Shown: positions 17,501 to 28,427, numbered from the stretch's first letter. The stretch: 64,000 nt of DNA from an uncultured SAR86 cluster bacterium (GCA_902562135.1 CACESE010000001.1:30181-94180); one strand, 5' to 3'. The notes: generated by a model from the sequence alone, not told the origin. Translations and numbers: made by a program.

Positions 17501-19591
17501 TTATTGAGCTGCAATCAGGTCTTCTTTTTTGCCAATCCATCTGCTCATTAGTAAATCAACTAATTCAGGACGGTCTTTTAGTTCTCTTGCAAGCTTTTCA
17601 GATTTATCTAAAAACCGCGCGTCTCTAATAAGATCAGCTATTTTTAACTCCATGCCGCCAGATTGTTTAGTTCCTAATATTTCTCCAGAGCCTCTTATTT
17701 CAAGATCTATTTCAGAAATTTTAAATCCATCATTTGTCTCTTTCATTGCCGACATTCTAGCTTCAGCAGTTTCTCCAAGCTCTCCCTCATAAAGGAGTAT
17801 ACAGTGAGCCTGCATGTCTGGACCTCTTCCAACTCTGCCTCTTAACTGATGTAATTGAGAAAGTCCTAATCGCTCTGCATTTTCTATGATCATTAAACTA
17901 GCATTTGGGACATCCATGCCTACTTCAATCACTGTAGTGCAAACTAACACATCAATTTTTCCTTCTCTAAATTCGTTTATTGCCTTATCTTTTTGATTTT
18001 TAGTTAATTTGCTATGGACTAATCCCACTTTTAAATCGCTACTTTTTTCTTCTAACCACTTTTTAGAAGATTCTGCCGTTTGAACATCTAAGTTCTCTGA
18101 TTCTTCTATCATCGTACATAGCCAAAACGCTTGATTGCCGTTTTTACATATAACTTCTAATCGCTCTATTAATTCATCTCTTTTAGTATTAGACATAACC
18201 GAAGTCGAAACAGGATTTCTACCAGGTGGCATTTCATCTATTTTTGAAACACTTAGATCAGCAAACATAGTCATCGCTAATGTTCTAGGTATAGGTGTAG
18301 CAGTCATAAAAAGTTGATGAGGCATTAAATTTTTAGATGTTTTTTGAAGTATTTCAAATCTTTGCTTTACTCCAAAACGCTGTTGTTCATCCACCACAAC
18401 CAAGCCAAGGTTATTTAACGAGACTCTTTTTTGAAAAACGGAGTGAGTGCCAATAAGAATTTTAGTTTTTCCAGAGATTAAATCTTCATTAATCTTTTCC
18501 CATTCTTTTTTCTTTGTTTTTCCTGTTAAAAGATTCATATTTATTTTTTCATTTTTCAACCACTGTGAAAAATTCTTAAAGTGTTGTTCCGCAAGCACTT
18601 CAGTAGGGCATAGTAAAACGCTTTGAAAATTGCTCTTTGCAACAGACAACATAGCAGCTGCAGCAACTACGGTTTTTCCCGAACCTACATCCCCTTGAAC
18701 AAGCCTTCTCATTGGTTTTATTTGATTTAAGTCATTAGTGATTTCGTCGATAACTGAAACTTGAGCTTTAGTCATTTGAAAAGGTAGATTTTTTTTGAAT
18801 TTCTCAAGGTAAGCATCAGATTTGATAATCTTCGGGCTAATTAATTTGTCAATTCTCTTTGTAGAAATTTTTACACCAATTAAATTAGTTAATAACTCTT
18901 CAACGATTAATCTTTTTTGAGCAGGATGTGAAAAATTTTTAATCTTTAATATTTCATCTTTAACGGAAGGACTATGAATAATTTGCAATGATTCTTTAAT
19001 AGAAAGTTCAGAAATATTGTTTGTGTAAAATACGTCATCAATCTTTTTTTCAGAAGAATCTTCACTTGGTATTTTATTTATACAATTCTTTATAATATTT
19101 CTTAGCCTGAACTGAGAAATTTTACTGGACCCAACGGAGTAAATAGGAGTTAAGGTATTATCTAAAGGAGGCCTTTGGTTTGAAGTAAATATTTTATAGC
19201 TTGGATGAAAAACCTCTAATTTGTTGCCTGTATTTCTTACAACCCCATAAATCCTAATTTTTAATCCTTTAATAAAAGCATTTGCTTGAGGATTTGAAAA
19301 GAAAAATAGTCTTATTTGAATAAATCCAGTGCCGTCGGTAATTTTTGCATAAAAAGCTCTTCTACCAGGATAATAAATTTTACTTTCAAGAATCTCTCCT
19401 TCGATTTGATAAGCATTTCCAAGTTCAACATCCGATATTTTTGTAATTTTTGTCCTGTTTTCATAACTTTTAGGAAGATAAAAGAGTGCATCTTGTATAG
19501 TTTCAATTCCAATTTTTTCTAATTGAATTTTTACTTTAGGGCCAACACCTTTTATGTTTTCTATAGAAGTATTGAGTAAAAAATTAGTCAC
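17501..19591 (-). CDS. recG: ATP-dependent DNA helicase RecG
   Basis: 696 aa. Wedge domain followed by SF2 helicase motifs (GDVGSGKT, DEQQRFGV, TATPIPRT, QLRGRVGRG). Confidence 0.95.
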   Translation of the reverse strand: MTNFLLNTSIENIKGVGPKVKIQLEKIGIETIQDALFYLPKSYENRTKITKISDVELGNAYQIEGEILESKIYYPGRRAFYAKITDGTGFIQIRLFFFSNPQANAFIKGLKIRIYGVVRNTGNKLEVFHPSYKIFTSNQRPPLDNTLTPIYSVGSSKISQFRLRNIIKNCINKIPSEDSSEKKIDDVFYTNNISELSIKESLQIIHSPSVKDEILKIKNFSHPAQKRLIVEELLTNLIGVKISTKRIDKLISPKIIKSDAYLEKFKKNLPFQMTKAQVSVIDEITNDLNQIKPMRRLVQGDVGSGKTVVAAAAMLSVAKSNFQSVLLCPTEVLAEQHFKNFSQWLKNEKINMNLLTGKTKKKEWEKINEDLISGKTKILIGTHSVFQKRVSLNNLGLVVVDEQQRFGVKQRFEILQKTSKNLMPHQLFMTATPIPRTLAMTMFADLSVSKIDEMPPGRNPVSTSVMSNTKRDELIERLEVICKNGNQAFWLCTMIEESENLDVQTAESSKKWLEEKSSDLKVGLVHSKLTKNQKDKAINEFREGKIDVLVCTTVIEVGMDVPNASLMIIENAERLGLSQLHQLRGRVGRGPDMQAHCILLYEGELGETAEARMSAMKETNDGFKISEIDLEIRGSGEILGTKQSGGMELKIADLIRDARFLDKSEKLARELKDRPELVDLLMSRWIGKKEDLIAAQ

Positions 19592-19968
19592 TAATTTTTG
19601 ATAGCAATAGTTTCTATTTCAATAGAACTATTTTTTGGTAATTTTGAGACCTCATATGCAGCCCTAGCAGGGTAAGGTTCTATAAATAACTCTGCCATTA
19701 TTTTATTAACTAACTCAAAATTATTAAGATTATCTAGAAGAATAGTTAATTTAATTATGTTTGAGAACGTTAAATTTTCAGCTTCTAAAATATTTTTTAT
19801 ATTTTCAAATGCTTGTCTTATTTGGTTTTCAATTCCATCCACAAGATTCATAGAAACAGGGTCCAATGGAATTTGACCTGAAATAAATAATAAATTTTCA
19901 GTTGCAATAGCTTGAGAGTATGTACCTATGGCTTTAGGAGCATTAGGAGTATTTATTTCCTTTTTCAT
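19591..19968 (-). CDS. ridA: RidA/YjgF family reactive enamine/imine deaminase
   Basis: 125 aa with APKAIGTYSQA, ISGQIPLDP and PARAAYEVSKLP motifs. Lies between spoT and recG. Confidence 0.88.
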   Translation of the reverse strand: MKKEINTPNAPKAIGTYSQAIATENLLFISGQIPLDPVSMNLVDGIENQIRQAFENIKNILEAENLTFSNIIKLTILLDNLNNFELVNKIMAELFIEPYPARAAYEVSKLPKNSSIEIETIAIKN

Positions 19969-19971
19969 TTT

Positions 19972-22107
19972 TCACTCTTGTAAATCTTTATTTTGAACTC
20001 TAAAAACTGATAAGACTGGTGCTAGGCGTCTTAATTTTCTCATAATTCTTGCAAGATGATCACGGTCGGTAACATTCATAACAATATGCATTTGAATACT
20101 ATTTCCAATTGGCGTATCAGTTTTGAAACTTTCTATATTTGCTTGGTAATTTGAGATTGCCGTTGAAATTTCTGCTAGCAATCCCGGCTTATCTTCAGAT
20201 AAAACTTTAATTTCTACGGAAAAATCTCCTTCAATCTCTTCCGCCCAGTTAACTTGTGCGCATAAGGCAGGGTCTTTTCTAATTGTTCTGATGTTTTTAC
20301 ATCTTTCGGTGTGGACAACAATACCTTTTGTGTTAGAGAAGTGAGCTATTATGTTGTCCCCTGGTATCGGCCTGCAGCATGGAGCATAAGATATAACAAG
20401 ACCTTCTGATCCGCTTATCTGTATATTTGAAAGCTCAATCAAATCAGATTGATCAAAATCTAAGAATTGGATTATTTGATGAGCTACAACCAAACTTGAT
20501 CTTTTTCCAGATCCAATTTCCTCTAATAATTTTCTTACACTTTTTACATTAATAGACGAAAGAAGTTTATCCATTCTATTTTTTGGAATATTTCTTAGTT
20601 TAATTTCATGAGGTGCAAGGGCTTGTTCAAGAATAGCTTTACCAAACTTTCTTGCTTTGGATAGATTTAAATCTCTTAAACTGTTTCTAATAGAGCTTCT
20701 TGCCCTTGAGGTTCTTACGAATTCTAACCATGATGGATTAGCTTGGGGAATTGTATCTGTAATAATGCTTATTGTTTGCCCGCTTTCAAGCGGAACGCTG
20801 ATAGGTGCAAGGTTCTTATTAATTCTGCATCCTCTACAGTGAATGCCTACATCCGAGTGAACTGCAAAAGCAAAATCTATTGGTGTAGAGCCTTTTGGCA
20901 ATTCAATAATGTCACCTTTTGGAGTAAATACGTAAATTTCATTAGGCACTAAACCGGTTTTAACAATCTCAATAAAATCTTGAGGGTCATCAACATTTTT
21001 TTTGACTTCCATAAGAGTGTTAACCCATCTTTTTGCTCTAACTTGTGCAGGATTTTCTTTATTACCTGTTTTGTAAATCCAGTGTGCCGCAATGCCATAT
21101 TCTGCTAATTCATCCATATCATTTGTTCTTATTTGAACCTCTATTGGAAGCCCATCAAAAGTTATTATGCCAGTGTGAATTGATTGATATGAGTTCGACT
21201 TAGGAATAGCAATGTAATCTTTAAATCTGCCCTCAATAGGTTTAAAGGAGTTATGCAATATGCCCAGCGCTTTATAACAATCCATAACCGAGTTAGTAGT
21301 AATTTTGAAGGCATAAACGTCCAAAACTTGATCTAAACTTTTAGACTGAGTTTTCATTTTTTTGAATATTCCATACAAATGTTTAATTCTTCCGCTTACT
21401 TGGCTATTGAGTTCATATTCATTCAATTTTTCTTTAATAGAACTTTCAATCTTCTTTAATATTTTTTTTCTTCCTCTAGTATTTTTTTTAATAGCACTTT
21501 TTAAAACTTTATTTCTGTAGGGATGAATAACTTCGAAAGCAAGATCTTCTAATTCCCTATAAAATTGATGCATTCCTAATCTGTGTGCAATGGGTGCGTA
21601 GATTTCTAAAGTTTCTGTAGCAATTCTTTTTTGTTTTTCTTTATTCAGATATTTAAGGGTTCTCATATTATGTAATCTGTCAGCTAGTTTAAGTACGATT
21701 ACTCTTATGTCTTTGGACATTGCAAGTAACATTTTCTGAAAGTTTTCTGCTTGCTCTTCCTGTTTTGACGTCAAAGAAATTTTGTCGAGCTTACTAACTC
21801 CATCAACAAGATTTGCTACATCTACATTAAATTCATTTTTTAAATAAGATTTAGGTATCCCGGAATCTTCAATGACATCATGAAGAATCGCAGCTGTTAA
21901 GCAGTCTCCATCCATCTTAAAATCTGCTAATATTTTTGCTACTGCAATCGGATGAGATACATAAGGATCTCCACTAGATCTAAATTGCCCTGAGTGAGCA
22001 TTAGAGGCATAAAAAAAAGCTTTTTTTACCTGTTCTAACTGCTTATCGTCTAAATATTCACTTAGGCTTAATGATAATTTAGTAATAGACTTAGTTTCTG
22101 CTGTCAT
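19972..22107 (-). CDS. spoT: Bifunctional (p)ppGpp synthetase/hydrolase (RSH long form)
   Basis: 711 aa. HD hydrolase motif (HDVIEDS), synthetase domain (YQSIHT, EVQIRT), and TGS and ACT C-terminal regions. Conserved gmk-rpoZ-spoT context. Confidence 0.93.
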   Translation of the reverse strand: MTAETKSITKLSLSLSEYLDDKQLEQVKKAFFYASNAHSGQFRSSGDPYVSHPIAVAKILADFKMDGDCLTAAILHDVIEDSGIPKSYLKNEFNVDVANLVDGVSKLDKISLTSKQEEQAENFQKMLLAMSKDIRVIVLKLADRLHNMRTLKYLNKEKQKRIATETLEIYAPIAHRLGMHQFYRELEDLAFEVIHPYRNKVLKSAIKKNTRGRKKILKKIESSIKEKLNEYELNSQVSGRIKHLYGIFKKMKTQSKSLDQVLDVYAFKITTNSVMDCYKALGILHNSFKPIEGRFKDYIAIPKSNSYQSIHTGIITFDGLPIEVQIRTNDMDELAEYGIAAHWIYKTGNKENPAQVRAKRWVNTLMEVKKNVDDPQDFIEIVKTGLVPNEIYVFTPKGDIIELPKGSTPIDFAFAVHSDVGIHCRGCRINKNLAPISVPLESGQTISIITDTIPQANPSWLEFVRTSRARSSIRNSLRDLNLSKARKFGKAILEQALAPHEIKLRNIPKNRMDKLLSSINVKSVRKLLEEIGSGKRSSLVVAHQIIQFLDFDQSDLIELSNIQISGSEGLVISYAPCCRPIPGDNIIAHFSNTKGIVVHTERCKNIRTIRKDPALCAQVNWAEEIEGDFSVEIKVLSEDKPGLLAEISTAISNYQANIESFKTDTPIGNSIQMHIVMNVTDRDHLARIMRKLRRLAPVLSVFRVQNKDLQE

Positions 22108-22152
22108 ACAGAAAGTTTAGCAAATTTATTGAAATATCAGACTTTTTGATGA

Positions 22153-22410
22153 TTAGTCTTCGTCAGACTGAAGTTGCTCAGAAAATTCTTCTTCAAGGGC
22201 ATCAAAGTTGAAGCTGTCTATGTTTTCGGTTGTAACGTTTCCGGCGGCTATCTCTCTCAGAGCTATCACAGTTGGTTTATCATCTTCTGGATCGACTGTT
22301 GGTTCTCTTCCATCTACAGCTAATTGTTTTACTCTTTTTGCAGCAAGTTTTACCATTTCGTAACGATTGGGTATTTGTTTTAAACAATCTTCAACTGTAA
22401 TTCTAGCCAT
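22153..22410 (-). CDS. rpoZ: DNA-directed RNA polymerase subunit omega
   Basis: 85 aa. [30 protein letters not shown] is the canonical RpoZ N-terminus. Confidence 0.95.
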   Translation of the reverse strand: MARITVEDCLKQIPNRYEMVKLAAKRVKQLAVDGREPTVDPEDDKPTVIALREIAAGNVTTENIDSFNFDALEEEFSEQLQSDED

Positions 22411-22442
22411 AGTGGGTGATGATTCTACTCAAAATTATTTGT

Positions 22443-23066
22443 TTAATCTAGTAACTTGTTTAAAAGTTTGTCTGTCACTCTTGATTTAAAATCTTCTATC
22501 GATACTTTATTTAGCACTATTTTCTTCAAATCTTCCAAAGCAAACTCAAAATTGTCATTTAAGACTAGATAATCATATGAGCTATGTTTTGAAATCTCTT
22601 CTTTAGCAGCAGAGAGACGCATTTCGATGGATTCATTTGATTCAGTACCTCTGTTTTTGAGCCTTTTTTTTAAGTCGTGAAAGGAGGGAGGTATTAAAAA
22701 AATATTTTTTGTTTCAATAAATTTTTCTTTAATATTAAAAGCTCCTTGCCAATCAAGTTCAAGTAATAAGTCTTTAGATTTAAGGATCTTTTCAGTTTTT
22801 TGTCGTTCAGTCCCGTAAAAATTGTTAAAAACCTCAGCATATTCGAGAAAATCATTGTTATTTATTTTTTTTTCAAATTCTTTTCGATCGATGAAATAAT
22901 AATTTTTTCCTTCTTTCTCGGTAGACCTTTTTAATCTTGTTGTAAAAGAAATAGATAAACTAAGATTTTGAGCATTTGGTTCAGACAACAAGGCTTCAAT
23001 TAAACTTGACTTTCCTCCACCTGAAGGACTGGAAATTACGAAAAGATTATTTAAGTTTTTATCCAT
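22443..23066 (-). CDS. gmk: Guanylate kinase
   Basis: P-loop SSPSGGGKSS and TTR motif. I prefer the internal ATG at 23066 (MDKNLNNLFVISSPSGGGKS). The track start at 23099 would overlap the divergent pyrE start. Confidence 0.9.
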   Translation of the reverse strand: MDKNLNNLFVISSPSGGGKSSLIEALLSEPNAQNLSLSISFTTRLKRSTEKEGKNYYFIDRKEFEKKINNNDFLEYAEVFNNFYGTERQKTEKILKSKDLLLELDWQGAFNIKEKFIETKNIFLIPPSFHDLKKRLKNRGTESNESIEMRLSAAKEEISKHSSYDYLVLNDNFEFALEDLKKIVLNKVSIEDFKSRVTDKLLNKLLD

Positions 23067-23093
23067 AGAGAAAGTGTCTAGAATATCAAATAT

Positions 23094-23648
23094 ATGCAAT
23101 CTTTTTTAGAAAAAGCTCAAGAACTTGATGCCTTAAGATATGGAGATTTCACTCTAAAATCTGGGATCAAAAGTAATTATTTTTTTGATATTTCAAAATT
23201 CTTCAATGCAAGTTCTTTGACAATTTTGTCTAAACATTATGTAGATTTAATTTTAAATAATGATTTAGAATTTGATTGTATATTTGGCCCCGCATATAAA
23301 GGGATACCACTTGCAGCTGCAGTTGGAATTGAATATTACAAAGAAACTAAAAACGAAATTAGTTATGTATTTGACCGAAAAGAGACAAAACTTCATGGTG
23401 AGGGCGGAGATTTTATTGGAACTTTGAAAGATAAAAAAGTCTTAGTAATTGATGATGTTTTGACAGCCGGAACTGCTATAAAGGGCGCTTTGGATTACTT
23501 AAACAATAATGATGCAAAATTAATTGCAGCATTAGTAGCCTTCGATAGAGAAGAAAAAGATGAAAGTGGCAATTCTTACAGATCTAATCTAAATCAAGAA
23601 GGAATTAAAGTTTATTCAATAGCTAAATTTTCAGATTTAAATTTATAA
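23094..23648 (+). CDS. pyrE: Orotate phosphoribosyltransferase
   Basis: 184 aa. YGDFTLKSG N-terminal motif and PRPP-binding loop VLVIDDVLTAGTA. Confidence 0.92.
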   Translation: MQSFLEKAQELDALRYGDFTLKSGIKSNYFFDISKFFNASSLTILSKHYVDLILNNDLEFDCIFGPAYKGIPLAAAVGIEYYKETKNEISYVFDRKETKLHGEGGDFIGTLKDKKVLVIDDVLTAGTAIKGALDYLNNNDAKLIAALVAFDREEKDESGNSYRSNLNQEGIKVYSIAKFSDLNL

Positions 23649-23650
23649 AA

Positions 23651-24247
23651 ATGTTTAGTGGAATTGTTCAAGAATATTCGAAATCTGTTTCTAAGGAAAC
23701 TAAGTCATATGGAATTAGTCTATCTGTGGGTGTTTCAAAAAAATTTACAAAAGGTTTAAAAAAAGGAGATAGCATCGCAGTTAATGGTGTTTGCTTGACC
23801 GTTAAAAGGTTTAATCCTGAAAAAGTTTTTTTTGATGTAATTCATGAGTCTCTCAAATTAACAAATCTTGATTATTTAAATTTGAAAGTACCTGTAAATC
23901 TTGAAAGGTCTCTTAAACTTGGAGATGAAATTGGAGGGCATTTAGTATCTGGCCATATTCATGCCAAAGGTAAAGTTATAAGTTTTAATAAAGCGAAAGA
24001 AAATCTTTTAAAAATAGAACTGCCAAGTAGTATTTCTAATTTCATTTTAAAAAAAGGTTATGTTGCTATAAATGGAATTAGTCTGACCGTGGTTAAAGTG
24101 ACAAAAAAATCATTTGTAATTTCTATTATTCCTGAAACCTTAAAAAATACGAATTTAAAATATGTCAACGAAGGAGATTTGCTTAATATTGAAGCTGATC
24201 AACAAACTGTTACTATTGTAGAAACCTTAAAAAAATTAAGACAATAG
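23651..24247 (+). CDS. ribE: Riboflavin synthase (alpha chain)
   Basis: 198 aa. MFSGIV N-terminus and duplicated lumazine-binding repeats (SIAVNGVCLTV and YVAINGISLTV). Confidence 0.92.
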   Translation: MFSGIVQEYSKSVSKETKSYGISLSVGVSKKFTKGLKKGDSIAVNGVCLTVKRFNPEKVFFDVIHESLKLTNLDYLNLKVPVNLERSLKLGDEIGGHLVSGHIHAKGKVISFNKAKENLLKIELPSSISNFILKKGYVAINGISLTVVKVTKKSFVISIIPETLKNTNLKYVNEGDLLNIEADQQTVTIVETLKKLRQ

Positions 24248-24685
24248 CTTCTTAACTAAGCTGCTTGCTTTGCCGGCATCAGCTTTCCCAACAATTTTTG
24301 GTTTTAGCGTGCCCATCACTTTTCCCATATCTTTAACGGATTCGGCATTAACCTCCTTAATTACCTCTTTAATTAAGATTGAAAGTTCTTCTTCTGATAA
24401 TTGTTTAGGAAGATAGTTTTGAATTATTTCAATTTCTTTTTTTTCTTTGTCAGCTAATTCCAGTCTATTTGCGGTTTCAAATTGATCGATAGAATCTTTA
24501 CGTTGTTTTATCATTTTAGATAGTATTTCTAAAGCTTCAGTATCAGATAAAAGCTCTGATTTATTTTTTTCTTCAAGTTTTATCGCTGAGACAATCAATC
24601 TCAGTGTAGATGCTTTAAATTTATTACCTGATTTAAGGGATGATTTCACATCTTCCTGAATAGAAGTTAATAGTTCTTGAGACAT
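24236..24685 (-). CDS. GatB/YqeY domain protein
   Basis: 149 aa. Typical YqeY pattern (KASTLRLIVSAIK, RKDSIDQFETANRLELADKEKKEIEIIQNYLP). Directly downstream of rpsU. Confidence 0.8.
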   Translation of the reverse strand: MSQELLTSIQEDVKSSLKSGNKFKASTLRLIVSAIKLEEKNKSELLSDTEALEILSKMIKQRKDSIDQFETANRLELADKEKKEIEIIQNYLPKQLSEEELSILIKEVIKEVNAESVKDMGKVMGTLKPKIVGKADAGKASSLVKKLLS

Positions 24686-24692
24686 GATTAAT

Positions 24693-24911
24693 TCAGAATC
24701 TAGCTCTAAGAGGCGGCATTGTTCCCATTTTCCGTCTTTTAGAAGCTCTTTTTACGGCTGCTGCAGCCTTACGTTTCCTGACTGCGGTAGGTTTTTCATA
24801 GAACTCTCTTTTTCTTACCTCAGCAATAACACCTGCTTTATCACAAGACCTTTTGAAACGTCTTAGACCAGCGTCGAATGATTCAGTTTCTTTCAGTTTT
24901 ATAATTGGCAT
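24693..24911 (-). CDS. rpsU: 30S ribosomal protein S21
   Basis: [42 protein letters not shown] is near-collinear with E. coli S21. I place the start at 24911; the track ORF extends 15 codons further upstream. Confidence 0.95.
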   Translation of the reverse strand: MPIIKLKETESFDAGLRRFKRSCDKAGVIAEVRKREFYEKPTAVRKRKAAAAVKRASKRRKMGTMPPLRARF

Positions 24912-24995
24912 AACTATTTGGATGGCAATTCTATCTATCAAATAGTAATAATGCAAAACTTTTGGATGACGTTTTTGATCTGTTATTATTTAAAA

Positions 24996-26018
24996 ATGCT
25001 TGTTCTAGGAATTGAAACTTCATGTGATGAGACAGGAGTTGCTTTATACGATGGAAAAAATAAAAAAATTATTTTTGAGAGTCTATTCAGTCAAGCTGAC
25101 AAACATTCGTTATACGGAGGAGTTGTACCAGAATTAGCTGCGAGGGATCACACAAATAAATTCTTACCTTTGTTAAAGAAAGGACTAAATGATTCTAATA
25201 TTAATCTGAAAGATATTGACGTAATTGCTTACACTAAGGGACCTGGGCTGAGAGGACCGTTAATGGTTGGAGCGGCTTTTGCTAAATCTTTAGGTTTTGC
25301 TTTAGACAAACCTGTAATTCCTGTTCATCATATGGAAGCACATTTACTGATGGCTAAGTATGATGCACCTGAGCTTTGTTATCCTTTTTTAACTTTATTA
25401 GTATCGGGCGGACATACTATTTTGGCTAAAGTAGAACAATCAGGAGTATACAAAATACTTGGTCAAACTATAGATGATGCTGTTGGAGAAGCTTTTGACA
25501 AAACTGCAAAATTGTTAGGTTTAAAATATCCAGGAGGGCCTGAAATTGAAAAAATGTCTGTAAGAGGAAAAAATATGAAAGATAGGCTGCCTCGCCCAAT
25601 TTTGAACTCGAATGATTATAATTTTAGTTTTAGCGGCCTTAAGACCGCTGTGTTATATAAGGTTAATGAATTAAAAAAGGAAGGTGAACTTTCGAATCAA
25701 TTAGTTTCAAATATTTGTTTAGAATTTCAGAATGCTGCAATTGACTGTTTATTGCATAAAACTAATAAAGCACTCATTGACTTTGATTTGAAGCAAGTAG
25801 TTTTATCAGGTGGCGTGGCAGCTAATAAAGAGTTGAGAAGAAGATTTTCTACAGACTTACACCAAGGTTGTTCAGCGATTTATCCAGATTTTTCGCATTG
25901 CACAGATAATGGAACAATGATTGCATTCACAGGTTACGAAAAAATAAATCTTCCCAAAGAAGATAACAAAATTTCTGTTAATCCTAAATGGAGCTTAGAG
26001 GAGGTTGATAATGGATAA
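24996..26018 (+). CDS. tsaD: tRNA N6-adenosine threonylcarbamoyltransferase
   Basis: MLVLGIETSCDETGVALYD N-terminus, the HHMEAH metal site, and SGGVAAN. Divergent from rpsU, as in E. coli. Start moved to the ATG at 24996. Confidence 0.93.
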   Translation: MLVLGIETSCDETGVALYDGKNKKIIFESLFSQADKHSLYGGVVPELAARDHTNKFLPLLKKGLNDSNINLKDIDVIAYTKGPGLRGPLMVGAAFAKSLGFALDKPVIPVHHMEAHLLMAKYDAPELCYPFLTLLVSGGHTILAKVEQSGVYKILGQTIDDAVGEAFDKTAKLLGLKYPGGPEIEKMSVRGKNMKDRLPRPILNSNDYNFSFSGLKTAVLYKVNELKKEGELSNQLVSNICLEFQNAAIDCLLHKTNKALIDFDLKQVVLSGGVAANKELRRRFSTDLHQGCSAIYPDFSHCTDNGTMIAFTGYEKINLPKEDNKISVNPKWSLEEVDNG

Positions 26019-26361
26019 AGTATTTATCGAAGACCTAGAGATAGAAACCATAATAGGTATTTTCGGATGGGAGAGAGAAGTAAAACAAATTGTAAAAATA
26101 AACGTAGAAATGGATTTTGACAATAAAAGTGCAGGCAGGTCCGACAACATAAATGATGCGTTAAATTATAAATCCATCGGTAAAAGTATTATAAATATGG
26201 TGGAAAATTCCTCTTTTTATCTAGTTGAAAAAATGGCAGAAGAAATAGCTAAATTAATTTTGAAAAATAAATCGATTTCTAAAGTTTTCGTTTCTGTTAG
26301 CAAGCCTGGAGCTTTGAGAGGCTCAAAGAATGTTGGTGTAAAAATTATAAGATCGAATTAA
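26005..26361 (+). CDS. folB: Dihydroneopterin aldolase
   Basis: 118 aa. IGIFGWEREVKQ and SVSKPGAL motifs. Precedes folK. Confidence 0.88.
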   Translation: MIMDKVFIEDLEIETIIGIFGWEREVKQIVKINVEMDFDNKSAGRSDNINDALNYKSIGKSIINMVENSSFYLVEKMAEEIAKLILKNKSISKVFVSVSKPGALRGSKNVGVKIIRSN

Positions 26362-26837
26362 TGTCTCTCATTACAATTAGCTTAGGAAGTAATATTAATC
26401 CAAGCGAAAATTTAAAAAAGGCCTTAGATGAAATATCTAAGTTTTCAAAAATAAAAATCATTTCAAAAATTTACAAAAGTAAATCTGTTGGATTTGAAGG
26501 AGATGATTTTCTCAATCAAGTAATTGTTTGTGAAGTAAATTCGAACTTAAATCAAACATATTTGCAACTGAAAACTATTGAGAAAGAAATGGGGCGAGAA
26601 AGAAACATTGAAAAATTTTCTGACAGATTAATAGATCTTGATTTATTGACTTTTAATGATGAGATACATAATGAAGAGATTACTATTCCTCATCCTGATA
26701 TCTTAAAGTACGCTTTTGTGTTGGTTCCTTTAGCAGAAATATGTCCTAAACTTTTACATCCAGTTGCAAATAAAAGTGTTGAAGAATTACTAAGAGAGAA
26801 CAATTCTTTTTATAATGAAGTAACTGTTTCAGATTAA
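26361..26837 (+). CDS. folK: 2-amino-4-hydroxy-6-hydroxymethyldihydropteridine pyrophosphokinase
   Basis: 158 aa. LGSNI N-terminus, RLIDLDLL and IPHP motifs. TAATG junction with folB. Confidence 0.9.
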   Translation: MSLITISLGSNINPSENLKKALDEISKFSKIKIISKIYKSKSVGFEGDDFLNQVIVCEVNSNLNQTYLQLKTIEKEMGRERNIEKFSDRLIDLDLLTFNDEIHNEEITIPHPDILKYAFVLVPLAEICPKLLHPVANKSVEELLRENNSFYNEVTVSD

Positions 26838-28420
26838 ACTTGTTCGCCCAAAGCCACTGCTCTTTCGACTTTTGTCTGCTCTTCGCTTGGTAAAAATCTA
26901 GTTGCAAGAACTAAGGATATGAGACTAATAATGAATACTAAACACCAAATTTGAATTGAGTAACTTATTGAGTCCGCAGTTGAAAAATCTATAGAAAGAA
27001 AATAGTCAGCAAGTTTTCCAATAGAATAGGGCCCTAATGCTAAACCGACAATCGAAGCCATTAAAATCCAAAAAGCAGAAATCATTGCTCTCATTCTAGG
27101 CAAAACAAGATCAGTTACAGTAGCAACACATAATCCAACCCAAAGAGTTGAAACGTAAGACCAGATAATATGAAAAGTATAAAAAATTAATAATGTTTCA
27201 GCTTGAAGGGTTAAGATAATTGATACCGGCGAAGTAACTACAGCAAAAATTCCAACATACAATCTACCGTTTAAGAACTTCCTTCTTAAGTAATCCGAAA
27301 TAAGCCCTCCAGTTAGTAATCCAAAAAACCCAAACACGGCGCTTTGTAAACCTAGATTTCTCCCGGCAACGGTTTTCGTCACTTCAAATGTTTCTATGAA
27401 ATATGCAGGTAAAAACGCGCTGACTGCGTAGCCCATAAAACTGATTAAGGGAAATCCGATCATACATAAAATAATAGTTTTAGATTTAAAAGATAGAGAA
27501 AAAGCTATTGGATCACTTAGTTTCATAGTTTGTATCCAACTTATAAGAGTAAATAATCCCAATCCAAAAGCTCCCCATTGAAGTGAATCGCCCGTTAGGT
27601 AGCTCATAATTATGATCATTAATATCACTGCAAAGGTTGCATAGACTTGATATAAAATCTCAGAAGTTTTCTCTTTTTTGTAAAGCAAAGAAATTAACGC
27701 AGAAATTGGCAAAATTCCATAGAGAATTTTCAAGGCTTCTGAAAAAGGTTTATCGACTTTTTCAATTTTAATTCCTTCGGAATGGCCTCTTTCAGGCTCT
27801 TTAATTGTCAACACCAAAAGGGCAATAAGAAGGCCTGGCAAACCAACGCTTATAAAGGCAATCTGCCAACCTGCAAATTGAAATGGAGCCTGTTCTGATA
27901 TCGGATAAATATTGTTCCAAGAGTCTGCAATCCATCCTCCTAGAAATATTCCTATTCCTCCCCCTATATAGATTCCACTAGAGTAGATGGAATACACCGT
28001 CGTTTTAACTTTGGTAGAAAAGTAATCGGACAATAGTGAGTAAGCTGCAGGACTTGCACTAGATTCTCCGATTCCAACACCAATTCTGCAAATGGCTAGG
28101 CCAATAAAACTTCTCATTAGACCTGAAGCTGCAGTCATCAAACTCCACATTCCAACCCCAGCAGAAATTAAATAATTCCTATGCCAACTATCAGCAAGTT
28201 TTGCTAGGGGAATCCCAACTATTGAATAAAAAATAGCAAACGCTGTCCCATATAAAAAACCTAAATCGCTAAGAGATATACCTAAGTCTTCTCTAATATC
28301 GTTCGCAAGAATGGCTATAATTTGCCGATCTAAAAAGTTAAAAATATAAACGATTAACAATACAGACAAAACGTAATAAGAATATTTACTATCTAAATTA
28401 GGTTTGAATTTTGATTCCAT
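26834..28420 (-). CDS. MFS transporter (Spinster-like subfamily), substrate unknown
   Basis: 528 aa with ~12 or more predicted TM segments. NFLDRQ motif after TM1 and the MFS loop motif LADSWHRNY. Confidence 0.8.
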   Translation of the reverse strand: MESKFKPNLDSKYSYYVLSVLLIVYIFNFLDRQIIAILANDIREDLGISLSDLGFLYGTAFAIFYSIVGIPLAKLADSWHRNYLISAGVGMWSLMTAASGLMRSFIGLAICRIGVGIGESSASPAAYSLLSDYFSTKVKTTVYSIYSSGIYIGGGIGIFLGGWIADSWNNIYPISEQAPFQFAGWQIAFISVGLPGLLIALLVLTIKEPERGHSEGIKIEKVDKPFSEALKILYGILPISALISLLYKKEKTSEILYQVYATFAVILMIIIMSYLTGDSLQWGAFGLGLFTLISWIQTMKLSDPIAFSLSFKSKTIILCMIGFPLISFMGYAVSAFLPAYFIETFEVTKTVAGRNLGLQSAVFGFFGLLTGGLISDYLRRKFLNGRLYVGIFAVVTSPVSIILTLQAETLLIFYTFHIIWSYVSTLWVGLCVATVTDLVLPRMRAMISAFWILMASIVGLALGPYSIGKLADYFLSIDFSTADSISYSIQIWCLVFIISLISLVLATRFLPSEEQTKVERAVALGEQV

Positions 28421-28427
28421 TTTTAAG